A stretch of DNA of 64,000 nt from Acidobacteriota bacterium (GTDB taxonomy: Bacteria; Acidobacteriota; UBA6911; RPQK01; JAJDTT01), in NCBI GenBank assembly GCA_965217775.1, contig CBDCJH010000002.1, forward strand, positions 704,001 through 768,000. The letters run 5' to 3'. Position numbers and translations under genes: made by a program. The notes under the pieces were generated by a model. The model saw only the letters and a list, made by a program, of their open reading frames with translations, did no database searches and was not told the DNA's origin. Positions 48,878-58,323 of this stretch are shown in pieces (positions within the stretch are counted from its first letter, which is position 1; the number at the start of each line of letters is the position of its first letter).

Positions 48878-50122
48878 TCAGGGAACCGCTTCGCCTCGGA
48901 CCAGATCCTCGAGCGTTTCTCTGGCCCGGATCTCTCTCCACTCATCTCCATCCACCAGGATCTCGGCAGCCCGCCTCCTGGAATTATAGTTGGAAGATAA
49001 GACAAATCCGTAGGCGCCTGCGCTCATCACCGTCAGGAGGTCTCCCGGGTGGGCGTCGGGAACGCGCTGGCTGCGGGCCAGGAAATCGCCGCTCTCGCAG
49101 ACCGGCCCGACCACGTCGGCCGTGATCCAGGATCGATCCGCCTGTACCGGAAAAATCTGGTGGTGGGCGCCGTAGAGGCTGGGGCGAAGGAGGTCGTTCA
49201 TGGCGGCGTCCACCACCAGGAAGACCTTGCCGCGATTGGTCTTCCGGTAGAGGACACGAGTCAGCAGGACGCCGGCGTTTCCGACGAGATACCGGCCGGG
49301 CTCCATGACGATGCGGTAGCCTTCCCCATGGTGAGCCAAAGCCTCGGCGTACCGTTGTAGATCAGGGCCCGTTTCGCCTTCGTAGGAAATTCCCAGGCCG
49401 CCGCCCAGATCCAGATGTTCCAGTGGAAACCCCCGGTTCCGGATCCGATCAGCGCATTCCCTCAGTCTGTCGAACGCGTCCAGAAACGGCTGGACGTCCA
49501 AGATCTGGGAACCGATGTGGTATCCGAGGCCCACAAGCCGGATTTCGGCGGAGTCCTCGATGATCTTCAACAGGTCGTCGATCTGACCGGCCTCGACCCC
49601 GAACTTGTGTTGGTGCAGACCGGTGGCGATGTAGGGGTGGGTCCCGGCGTCCACGTCCGGATTGATTCTGATGGCCACGCGGGCTTCGCGGCCCATCCTC
49701 CGGCTGATCCGGGCAAGGGTCTCCAGCTCCTGCCGGGACTCGACATTGATGCTGAAGAGCCCCCATTCCAGGGCCATCTCCATCTCCGGGACCGTTTTCC
49801 CGACGCCGCTGAAGACGATGCTCCCGGGGTCGGCGCCGATCTGCTGCAGCCGAAAGAGTTCTCCTCCCGATACCACGTCGAAACCGCTGCCCTCCTCCTG
49901 CAGTATCCTCAGCAGGGAGAGGTTGTCGTTAGCCTTCAGGGAGTAGCAGATCAAGGGATCCACGGCGGCAAAAGCGCTTTCCAGCCGGTGGTAGCGGTCA
50001 CGAATGGCACGCCGGCTGTAGACATAGCTTGGCGTTCCCGCCTGCCGGGCGATTTGCGTCAGGGGAGTTCCTTCGCAGCTGAGCTCCCCGCCGTCATAGA
50101 GAAAGGCGTCGAATCCGGTCAC
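48878..50122 (-). CDS. lysA: Diaminopimelate decarboxylase
   Basis: YSLKAN, DVVSGGEL, HIGSQ, EPGRY, GPVCESGD and GAYG...SNYN. Confidence 0.96.
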   Translation of the reverse strand: MTGFDAFLYDGGELSCEGTPLTQIARQAGTPSYVYSRRAIRDRYHRLESAFAAVDPLICYSLKANDNLSLLRILQEEGSGFDVVSGGELFRLQQIGADPGSIVFSGVGKTVPEMEMALEWGLFSINVESRQELETLARISRRMGREARVAIRINPDVDAGTHPYIATGLHQHKFGVEAGQIDDLLKIIEDSAEIRLVGLGYHIGSQILDVQPFLDAFDRLRECADRIRNRGFPLEHLDLGGGLGISYEGETGPDLQRYAEALAHHGEGYRIVMEPGRYLVGNAGVLLTRVLYRKTNRGKVFLVVDAAMNDLLRPSLYGAHHQIFPVQADRSWITADVVGPVCESGDFLARSQRVPDAHPGDLLTVMSAGAYGFVLSSNYNSRRRAAEILVDGDEWREIRARETLEDLVRGEAVP

Positions 50123-50143
50123 GGCGGGATAGTAGCAGAATCT

Positions 50144-50193
50144 GTAGGGGCACCCCTTGTGTGTTTGGTGCCCTCTTCCCCTTGTGGGTGCCC
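50144..50193 (+). repeat. GTAG-type REP (GTAGGGCACCCCTTGT...GGTGCCCT) with internal duplication
   Basis: Related copy on the minus strand at 58252-58278. Confidence 0.65.
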
Positions 50194-50277
50194 TCTTCTA
50201 TCATTCCACTCTCCTCAAAAAAGCTGCGAACCATGGTTCGCTTTCATTCGTGCTGTTAGTCTCGTTTTGGGATAGTC

Positions 50278-53058
50278 ATGCAGTTGAAGTTTGGTTCGTG
50301 GCGCACGTTGGCAATGATGGCGGCGTTGTTTCTCGCCGTGGCGGACACCGGCGGCGGGCTTTGGGCCCGAGTGTGGCGTCATGAGGGTTTTCAGGCCTTT
50401 TCCCAGGGGTCTTTCGAGGACTCCGGATCCAATATTTACGTGTCCCGGCGGGGCAGGATCCAGTTGATCAACCGGTTGGATCTGAACCGGGACGGTCACA
50501 TCGATCTGTTCGTGGCCAACGGCCACGGACACAGTGAAGACGAAGACGCCTACGTCTACCTGAACAACGGCGAGACCATCGATCCTCTCCACCGGATCGC
50601 TCTGCCTACTGACGGAGCCGTCGAGGGATTGGTGGCCGACTTGGACCGGGACGGCGTCAGCGACGTCGTGGTGGTCAATGGGACGGGCGGTACCACCAGC
50701 AAGTCCGAGAGCTTCATCTACTACGGGGCCGAGGGACGGTTCCCCGTGTCCAAGCGCCGGCAACTGAGGTCGTGGGCCGGGAAGGAAGCCGCCGTCGGGG
50801 ACTGGAACCGGGATGGGTGGCCGGATCTGGCCTTCGCTTGCGCCAATCCGGGTCGAGAGGCACAGGCAAGCTATTCGGTCGTCTATTGGAATTCGGACCA
50901 TGGTTTCGATCCGGATCGTCGGACTTTGCTCCCCGGCCCCGGGACGGCGGTCCTGGCCGCCGACTTGGCCGGAGACGAAGCGCTCGATCTGGTTCTGGCT
51001 GCTGGATCCAATGTCTTCGTCTACGCGGCGGGGGAGGACGGGTTGGACCTGGAGAAGCCGCTGGTCCTGGATCTGGAGGCGCGGCATCTGGGTGCGGGGG
51101 ATCTGGATCGAGACGGAAGGATCGAGCTGGTTGCCGCCGTCGAATCGGGGGTTCAGGTTCGGGCGGCGGCTGCGGACGGATTTAAGGTCTTGCAGCGGCT
51201 GCCGGTGGAGAACCCTTGGCAGTTGGTGGTTCAGGATCTCAACCGCGACGGACTCCCGGATCTGGCCGTGACCTCTTCCGACCGCGGCGGGAACGGGTAC
51301 ACCGACTCCCTGGTCTTCTGGAACCGGGATGGACGGTTGTCCGAGACCGACCCGACCGCACTGGCAACGGTCCATGCCCGGGGGATCAGCGCCGGAGACC
51401 TGGATGGGGACGGCTGGCCCGAACTGGTAGTGAGCAACAATCATTCCTTCAACGACCTGAACGTCCAGTCCTTCGTCTTCTGGAACCGGGAAGGGAAGTT
51501 CCTCCCGGCGCACAAGTCCATGCTGGACACTCGGAGCGCCCACGGCAACGGCATCGGCGACGTGGACAACGACGGGCGCCCGGACGTGATCTTTTTCAAC
51601 CTGGAAGGGGGGCTCCGGACCGGCTACAACCCAAACTTCATTTACTGGGGCGACGGGACGCGCGACTACTCGACCCAGCGCCGCAGCCAACTGTGGGCGG
51701 GCTATACGGTGGGCACCGCCCAGGCCGATCTGGACGACGACGGCTGGGTGGACCTGGTGTCGGCTGAGGCTCGCTACGCACTGGGCCGGCCGGTGACCCT
51801 CAACGGGGTCTACGTCTGGTATGGGGGAGCCGGCGGCTACGATCCACGACGCCGTACCGTGCTCTCGGTGGAGGACCCGGAAATGGGGGCGGTCACTGTC
51901 GACCTGAACCGGGACGGCTATCTGGATCTGGTGATCGGCGCTGCCGAGCGGGATGCAGACGGTCACCGTGGCTATGTCATCCTCTACGGTGCGGAGAACG
52001 GATTCTCTCCCGCCAGACGCGAGGTGATTCCCATCGGTGGACTGGGTTTTCCCCCGGTGGTGGCCGATTGGAACCGCGACGGGTATCTGGACTTGGCGGG
52101 GGGCTCCGCCAAGCAGGGCCTGCACCTGGTCTACGGTTCGGAGGAAGGGTTTCGAGAGAACCATCAGCGGTTGATTGCCAAAGGAAGGATCCCCTATCTG
52201 GAAGCCGCCGACTTCAACTCGGACGGTTGGTTGGACCTGGTGGCGCCGGTCAACGACTATCCCCGGAACAAGGAAGGCGAGATCCGGATCTACTACGGAT
52301 CCGGGGACGGGTTCCAATTGAGAGAAGGCCGGCCGCTCCGGCACATGTCGGCCCTGGACCCCAGCGTGGCCGACTTCGACCGGGACGGATTCCTGGACCT
52401 GTTCGTGCCCAACTACTCCAGCAACACAGCCAGGAGCATTCCGTGCTTCCTCTACTGGGGAAGCGCCTCCGGTTTCGATCCGAACCGCCGCCTCGACCTG
52501 CCCGGGGACTCCGGGACCGCCTCCCTGGCCGCCGATTTCGATGGCGACGGCTGGACCGACATCTTTCTGCTCAACCACAAGCGGGACGGCAGCCTGCAAC
52601 GCCCCGGGGATCCCATCCAACACACGACGCCGTCGGTCCTCTATTGGAACGGGCCGGACGGGTTTTCCCCGCGGAAACGGACCTGGCTTCCCACCGTCGG
52701 GCCCCACGGCCAGATGATTCGGGACCCGGGCAACATCTACACGCGGGAATTGGCCGAGACCTATGTCTCTCCGCCGCACCGATTCGGGCCGGGCGTCCGT
52801 CCCGTCTCCATCGGATGGGATGCGGAGACTCCCTTGGGAACCACGATCGCGCTCCAGATTCGAACTGCCGAGAGCAAGAAATCCTTACAGGAGGCAGCCT
52901 GGAGGGGTTCCTCCGGTCCAGGCACGTGGATCCTGAAGCCGGGTCCGATTTCGGTCGGCGGGTCTTCCGGCTCCTGGATCCAATACCGGGCTCGGCTCGC
53001 GAGTCCCAATGGCGGAGCCAGCCCCGTTCTGACCCGGGTCGAGGTCAGGTTCCGATAG
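50278..53058 (+). CDS. Secreted FG-GAP/VCBS-repeat protein
   Basis: Signal peptide; more than 10 D(L/F/W)(N/D)xDGxxDL repeats. Confidence 0.9.
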   Translation: MQLKFGSWRTLAMMAALFLAVADTGGGLWARVWRHEGFQAFSQGSFEDSGSNIYVSRRGRIQLINRLDLNRDGHIDLFVANGHGHSEDEDAYVYLNNGETIDPLHRIALPTDGAVEGLVADLDRDGVSDVVVVNGTGGTTSKSESFIYYGAEGRFPVSKRRQLRSWAGKEAAVGDWNRDGWPDLAFACANPGREAQASYSVVYWNSDHGFDPDRRTLLPGPGTAVLAADLAGDEALDLVLAAGSNVFVYAAGEDGLDLEKPLVLDLEARHLGAGDLDRDGRIELVAAVESGVQVRAAAADGFKVLQRLPVENPWQLVVQDLNRDGLPDLAVTSSDRGGNGYTDSLVFWNRDGRLSETDPTALATVHARGISAGDLDGDGWPELVVSNNHSFNDLNVQSFVFWNREGKFLPAHKSMLDTRSAHGNGIGDVDNDGRPDVIFFNLEGGLRTGYNPNFIYWGDGTRDYSTQRRSQLWAGYTVGTAQADLDDDGWVDLVSAEARYALGRPVTLNGVYVWYGGAGGYDPRRRTVLSVEDPEMGAVTVDLNRDGYLDLVIGAAERDADGHRGYVILYGAENGFSPARREVIPIGGLGFPPVVADWNRDGYLDLAGGSAKQGLHLVYGSEEGFRENHQRLIAKGRIPYLEAADFNSDGWLDLVAPVNDYPRNKEGEIRIYYGSGDGFQLREGRPLRHMSALDPSVADFDRDGFLDLFVPNYSSNTARSIPCFLYWGSASGFDPNRRLDLPGDSGTASLAADFDGDGWTDIFLLNHKRDGSLQRPGDPIQHTTPSVLYWNGPDGFSPRKRTWLPTVGPHGQMIRDPGNIYTRELAETYVSPPHRFGPGVRPVSIGWDAETPLGTTIALQIRTAESKKSLQEAAWRGSSGPGTWILKPGPISVGGSSGSWIQYRARLASPNGGASPVLTRVEVRFR

Positions 53059-53148
53059 CGGCAGGTGTTGCGGACGGGGACGGGGAGTCGTAATCTCACC
53101 CGCAGGTCAGGGAGGCCGGTTCCAGGAATAAATACGGCGAGCGGTGTG

Positions 53149-54396
53149 ATGGAATCGGAAAAGCAGCCCAGATACGGTCTCTTGCAGGCACGTTGGATTC
53201 CCTGGTGCGCCGCCGCCTCCATCGTAGCGTCGCTCATTTCCATCGCGGCGGCCTACATTCTCGCCGGGACCGCCCTGCTCCTCTGGGTCATCGATACTCT
53301 CCGGCGGCGGCGCCTGCGCCTCCGTTGGCCACCTTTCGCGCTACCGCTTCTCCTCTATGTGATTTCCATCGGGATCGCCGTCCTCTTCTCGGAAGACCCC
53401 GGGACCAGTTCGAGCTCTCTAAAGAAGCTGGTGCGCTTCCTCTTCGTTCCCTTGATGTTCACGTGGTTCGGGATTGCTCACGTGGACTGGACCGTGAGGC
53501 GCATTCACTTGGTCTTGGGCGCCAGCGCCGCATACTCTCTGGCGCAATACTACTGGCTGATGGAGCCGGATCTGGCTCACCGGATCACCGGGTTCATGAG
53601 CCATTGGATGACCTTTTCCGGCCAGCTCATGATGGGGGCCGTCTCACTGGGGGTCTATCTGTGCCGGGAGCGGTTCAAGCCAGCCGGTTCCTCGACCGCG
53701 AACGGGGAAGAGAAGGGATGGCGTCGCCTGCCCTCCGTGGGGTTGCTCCTGTTGGGCGTCCTGATTTGGAGCCTGCTGGTGACCTTCACCCGCAACGCGT
53801 GGCTGGGAACGGCCGCGGGCGGCCTGCTGTTGGTGGTCTTGATGAAGAAGACCCGGGTGCTGCTGGTGCTGCTGGTGCTGATGGCCCTGTTGATCCTGTT
53901 GCCCACGCCGTTTCGGGATCGTCTCTACTCCGGCATGGATCTTAGCGACACCACGACCCAAGTCCGCCTGGAGATGGTCCGGGCCGGATCTCGTCTCATT
54001 GCCGACCATCCCTGGACCGGGGTCGGACCCGGCATGGTTTCCCGAGAGGTTCTCAAGTATCGGTCACACCAGGAATACCCCGACTGGGCCTACCAGCACC
54101 TGCACAACAATTTCCTCCAGGTGGCCGCCGAAACCGGCCTCGTGGGGCTGGCGTTCTGGCTGGCGCTCTGGATCGTCCTGATCCGGGACCTGATCCGGAT
54201 GTGGCTCCGGTCCGAATCTGAATGGGTCCGCTTCCTGAGTCTGAACGGGCTCTGCATCTCGGTGGCCTTTCACGTGGCAGGTTGCCTGGAGTACAACTTC
54301 GGCGATTCGGAGGTGCTGATCCTGCTGCTGTTCTTCCTGACGGCTCCGTATGCGGTCCAATACCGCAGGTTGGCGAGGAAGGATCTAAAGGATTGA
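53149..54396 (+). CDS. O-antigen ligase family membrane protein
   Basis: TFTRNAWLG, PWTGVG and HLHNNFLQVAAETGLVG. Confidence 0.88.
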   Translation: MESEKQPRYGLLQARWIPWCAAASIVASLISIAAAYILAGTALLLWVIDTLRRRRLRLRWPPFALPLLLYVISIGIAVLFSEDPGTSSSSLKKLVRFLFVPLMFTWFGIAHVDWTVRRIHLVLGASAAYSLAQYYWLMEPDLAHRITGFMSHWMTFSGQLMMGAVSLGVYLCRERFKPAGSSTANGEEKGWRRLPSVGLLLLGVLIWSLLVTFTRNAWLGTAAGGLLLVVLMKKTRVLLVLLVLMALLILLPTPFRDRLYSGMDLSDTTTQVRLEMVRAGSRLIADHPWTGVGPGMVSREVLKYRSHQEYPDWAYQHLHNNFLQVAAETGLVGLAFWLALWIVLIRDLIRMWLRSESEWVRFLSLNGLCISVAFHVAGCLEYNFGDSEVLILLLFFLTAPYAVQYRRLARKDLKD

Positions 54397-54500
54397 GGCG
54401 TTTCTGAATTGCGGAGAACCGGAGCGTTCTTCCAGCCAACGGCGAAAGGCGACTCATGGATGCCGTGATTCAGGGACGCCGGTAGCACGCGTGAAGGACT

Positions 54501-55477
54501 TCAAGGGCTGGCTTCATCGAGATCGCAATCACCATCGAAACATTTTCGGTCTGGCGGGGTGTTGGTAAACTGGACCGCACCCGATGCCAGTGTGTCCTGC
54601 CGGAGCACCGTAAGGTGTATGAATTTCTCGGCATTGATCATCATGGTTCCCACAAAATCTTCCGGCAGGTCTGGAAACAACTCGTCCACGAACTGAGCCT
54701 GATGCCCCTCCTAGCAGTCCGTGGTGAAAGTCCCGCGAGCACCGAGACCGTTCCTGCGCCCGCCGGACAAGGCGCGATTCGGGTGCATACCGGGAGTATG
54801 TGCCCGAATCGCAACGCCGTCCGCCGGGATGCAGGGACGGTCGAATGCCGTGATGACTTTTGCCACGGGCTGGTAGGGCACCGTCTTGATTTCGAAGGGC
54901 ATACCCTCCGGGTCGAAAATCCCGACGCGAATCTCCTCAGGTCTCAAGGGCACGATGGGGGCTACGGCCACCCAGGCGAACCCGGTTCTGGTGCGGGAGT
55001 TCTGCTGGACCGGAAAGGCGAAATAAAGCCTCCCTCCGTAATGCCGGAGCCCACAGAGTCAATCAGTTGTCCATTTTGTTTCAGTTGGTAGATGAGCGTT
55101 GTAGCGACATCACCGTAAAAGAAAGACCGGTCGCCTTCAATATCGAGGTATCCGGTACGGACCGTAGAGCCACCTGAAATGACGAAGATGGCGGACCCGG
55201 CGGGTTCAAGGGACACCGGAATTTTGTGGAACCACTGAAGTCCTCGCCGTTGACGGCCCATTCCCCCTCCCAGGTCCTGGTCGTCGCCGGTCCCGAGCGT
55301 GATTTCGCCTCTCCATGGTTCAGTGAGAACCTTGTTCGAAACCATGAAAACGCATTCGTAGGATAATCCGGTATCGCTTTCCCCGAGCGGAAATTGGGCG
55401 TAATGGATTCGGGGCCAGCCAGAAGCCATGGACGCGCCGAATACAAGCAGGCAGATTACTGAGATTTTGCCCTTCAT
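54501..55477 (-). pseudogene. Secreted protein pseudogene (frameshifts plus MITE insertion)
   Basis: Signal peptide MKGKISVICLL; frame continues ...EIKTVPY | MITE | EGHQAQFVDELFPDL...; further frameshift near 55030. Confidence 0.75.
54715..54872 (-). mobile_element. 158-bp MITE, copy 1
   Basis: 18-bp imperfect TIRs; flanks CTAC/CTAG on the minus strand; interrupts a reading frame. Confidence 0.88.
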
Positions 55478-55754
55478 CGCGTTTTCCTCCGGTTAGGACG
55501 ATTCTTGACAACCTCGAACCCGATTCCACCGGGTGCCACCTGCAACCCGGTCACTGGAACTGACGGTTCCCGGCGAAGAAAGATTCAGCGGTGTCGGTGT
55601 GGCCCATACCAGCTACGGGCGGACGCATCTACTTCCCGGACGACGAACGGGGATCCTGGTGCACGGCCACTCGCAGCAGCCCGGTCACCGTAGTCGAAGC
55701 TCAAGCGTCGGTTTCATGCTTGGCTTCAGGGAGCCCGCTCTAACTTCTCGATCC

Positions 55755-55802
55755 TTGCTCATTGACTCGACTATGTGTATGATATGGATCTTAAATACAC
55801 AT
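55755..55802 (+). promoter_or_regulatory. vapBC promoter and operator
   Basis: TTGCTC-17 nt-TATGAT; inverted repeat ATGTGTAT (55773-55780) / ATACACAT (55795-55802). Confidence 0.65.
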
Positions 55803-55820
55803 CAATCGGAGGATCTCCAT

Positions 55821-56015
55821 ATGCGTACGAACATCGTCATTGACGACGACCTCTTGGAACGCGCCATGCGCGCGACCGGGGCAAAAACCAAGCGCCAAGT
55901 CGTGGAACTCGGCTTGGCCTCGTTGATTAGATTGAAGGAACAGGAAGAAATCCGCGCCTTGCGCGGCAAGCTTCGTTGGACGGGTGATCTGGAGAAGATG
56001 AGGCGAGACCGATGA
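55821..56015 (+). CDS. vapB: VapB antitoxin (RHH type)
   Basis: MRTNIVIDDDLL...TKRQVVE...LRGKLRWTGDLEKMR; GGAGG RBS. Confidence 0.9.
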   Translation: MRTNIVIDDDLLERAMRATGAKTKRQVVELGLASLIRLKEQEEIRALRGKLRWTGDLEKMRRDR

Positions 56016-56413
56016 TTCTGGTCGATTCCAGTGTCTGGATCGATTTCTTCAATGGTATTCCATCACCAGAAACCGATCGTCTCGATGGCCTGTTGGGACA
56101 GGATATGGTGGCAACCGGCGACCTGATTCTGGTGGAAGTCCTCCAGGGATTTCGCAACGACCCGGATTTCAGGGCGGCGCAGCAAGCACTGTCGAAGCTG
56201 CCGTCTTTCGACCTGCTCGGACGAGAACGGTCGCATCGGGTTGCCGTGCGCTATCGAAGACTGCGCAGGAACGGAGTCACGATCCGCAATACCGTCGACG
56301 TCGTCATCGCCTCCTTTTGCGTCGACGAGGGGATCCCGTTGCTGTTCTCCGACCGTGACTTCCTGCCTATGGTCAAATATCTGGGTCTGAAGCCGGTGAT
56401 ATATCTCCACTGA
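56012..56413 (+). CDS. vapC: VapC/PIN toxin
   Basis: ILVDSSVWIDF, EVLQG, TVDVVIA and FSDRDF; ATGA overlap with vapB. Confidence 0.92.
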   Translation: MILVDSSVWIDFFNGIPSPETDRLDGLLGQDMVATGDLILVEVLQGFRNDPDFRAAQQALSKLPSFDLLGRERSHRVAVRYRRLRRNGVTIRNTVDVVIASFCVDEGIPLLFSDRDFLPMVKYLGLKPVIYLH

Positions 56414-57269
56414 ACTGTCCGTCTGCCGGTCCTCGCACAGCAGCACGATCCTCGTGCTCACCGTTCCCAGCCCCGGGCGATGGTTTCCGAAAGCGACAGT
56501 CCGTCTACGGAGACCTTTGGCTCCGGGTGCACCCGCACGGAACCGTCTTCTTCCCGGTAGAACCACCGGCCGCCGGCGCCCGCCATGTAATCGATGGTCA
56601 CCGGATGATGCGAGACGACGACCACTTGCTCCAGCGACTCTCCGCAGCACTCGACGGCGTGAGCCAGCCAAGGCTGAATCTCCCTCAGGGCGAGAAAGTT
56701 GTCCGGTTCGTCGATGAACAACGACGTTCGGCGCTCGCCGGACAGGAGCCGACCACGATGTAGCTCGCCACCTCCTGCTTGAACCGAGTGAGCTTCCGAT
56801 TGTCCGGTCGGGCGTTCAGGACGCCGATTCCCGACTGCGACCAGTCGAACGGGTACGAAGGGCCCTTCCCGTAATCGTCGTGATAGAGCTGCGCTTCGCC
56901 GTTCCTGAACTCGAAAATCGGTTTCTCCCTGTGTTGTAGGGTCTCCTCGATGATCCGCATTCTGCGGTGGTCGGGAGTGTGCTCCACGGTCAGTGTGTAC
57001 CGATAGGAGTCACCGTCGGTGCTGGTTTCTAACTCAAAGCGCTGTTTCCGGCGGTCGTGGTGAGGGTCTTCGTGCAGCGAGATGTCTCGTGCCGGAAACG
57101 CCGCCTCGACCTTCGAACCCCGCACCACCAGGTTCCGGATGCTCCTCAAAACGTTCAGGATCGAGGTCCTGCCCGTGCCGTTGTGCCCCAAGAGGACACA
57201 AGCCTGGTCGAGCTCGACTTCAAAGTTCTTCAGACAGCGGAAGTTGTCCGCGTAGAATCGCTTCAGCAC
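56414..57269 (-). pseudogene. Internally deleted ABC/AAA ATPase plus truncated start of a TOPRIM-like partner gene
   Basis: NFRCL, Walker A GHNGTGRT (K to R), out-of-frame LFIDEPDNFL...VVSHHP, then GTG-STRIVLLCED cut off at the vapC end. Confidence 0.78.
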
Positions 57270-57364
57270 GAAGAATCACCTCTCCATTCGGCCTGATCCT
57301 GTCGAACCGGACATTTTGAAACCAGCGCCGGAGGCGCGCCTTGGAATCGTCTCGGTGGGGTTAC

Positions 57365-57522
57365 CAGCCCGTGGCAAAAGTCGTCACGGCATTCGACCGG
57401 CCCTGCATCCCGGCGGACTGCGTTGCGACTCGGTCACATACTCCCGGTATGCTCCCTCATCGCGCCTTGCCCGGCGGGCGCAGGACCGGTCTCGGTGCTC
57501 GCGGGACTTTCACCACGGACTG
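57365..57522 (+). mobile_element. 158-bp MITE, copy 2
   Basis: TIRs CAGCCCGTGGCAAAAGTC / GACTTTCACCACGGACTG (15/18 match); perfect TTAC duplication at 57361-57364 and 57523-57526. Confidence 0.9.
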
Positions 57523-57593
57523 TTACAGGTCAAGCGCCGCGCGGCGGCGGTATTTGACCCACGTCTTCATTCGATGGCCCGATCCGAGAGAGT

Positions 57594-58019
57594 TCAGTAC
57601 TCGGAGGACGCCGGTTTCCGGCGCATTTGCTTGGTCCGGCTGCGATGCGCCTTGTCTTCGAGACGTCGCACTCTGGAGCGAGTCGGAATACGGGTTCCGT
57701 AGCGCTTTTTCCGCTTCTCCAGAGCCGACGCCAGCAACAACCGGAAACGTTTCAGAGTCTCCTGCCGGTTCCTCCATTGACTCCGGTGTCGTTGAGAAAC
57801 CACCCGCAGTTCGCCTCGGCGGTTTAGGTGACTGGCGAGTCGCCGTCGCAGTTCGGCCTTCTGCTCGGTGGCCAGGCTGCCGGAGCTCATCAGGTCGAAG
57901 ACGAGGGTGACCCGGGTGTCCACTTTGTTGACGTTCTGCCCGCCCGGCCCGCTGCTGCGGGAGAAGGAGAAGCGGAGTTCGTTCTCCTCGATGTCGACGC
58001 CTTCCCGGATGTGCACCAT
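57594..58019 (-). CDS. arfB: Alternative ribosome rescue peptidyl-tRNA hydrolase
   Basis: RSSGPGGQNVNKV, RSQWRNR and a basic C-terminal tail. Confidence 0.93.
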   Translation of the reverse strand: MVHIREGVDIEENELRFSFSRSSGPGGQNVNKVDTRVTLVFDLMSSGSLATEQKAELRRRLASHLNRRGELRVVSQRHRSQWRNRQETLKRFRLLLASALEKRKKRYGTRIPTRSRVRRLEDKAHRSRTKQMRRKPASSEY

Positions 58020-58251
58020 CGTTCGCTCCCTGGGCGGTCCATTGTAGCAATCGGAGCTCCGACGGAGCGGAAGCAGAGGGGTGGCCCGCCGCTGTCGGGC
58101 GTTGCGCCATGGATGAGGGGACCCCGTTGCCGTTCTCCGAGGGTCCACCTCCTAAGCCGGGGTAGCCGGAATCAAAAATTCTTCGCCGGAGCGGCGGCGC
58201 TCCAACTCCCGGGCCTTCAATTGGCAGCGTCTTGCTCCGATTTGGACCGAA

Positions 58252-58278
58252 GAGGGCGCCCACAAGGGGCGCCCCTAC
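58252..58278 (-). repeat. GTAG-type REP (GTAGGGGCGCCCCTTGTGGGCGCCCT)
   Basis: GTAG tetranucleotide followed by a palindrome; intergenic. Confidence 0.7.
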
Positions 58279-58323
58279 CCCCGACTACGGTGATAATCTC
58301 TGATCTGTAAGGGGAAATGGACC

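Noticed and set aside
54715-57522. Composite transposon formed by the two MITEs carrying vapBC
   Set aside because: Each copy has its own target duplication, and the gene hit by copy 1 continues on both sides of it, so the insertions were independent.
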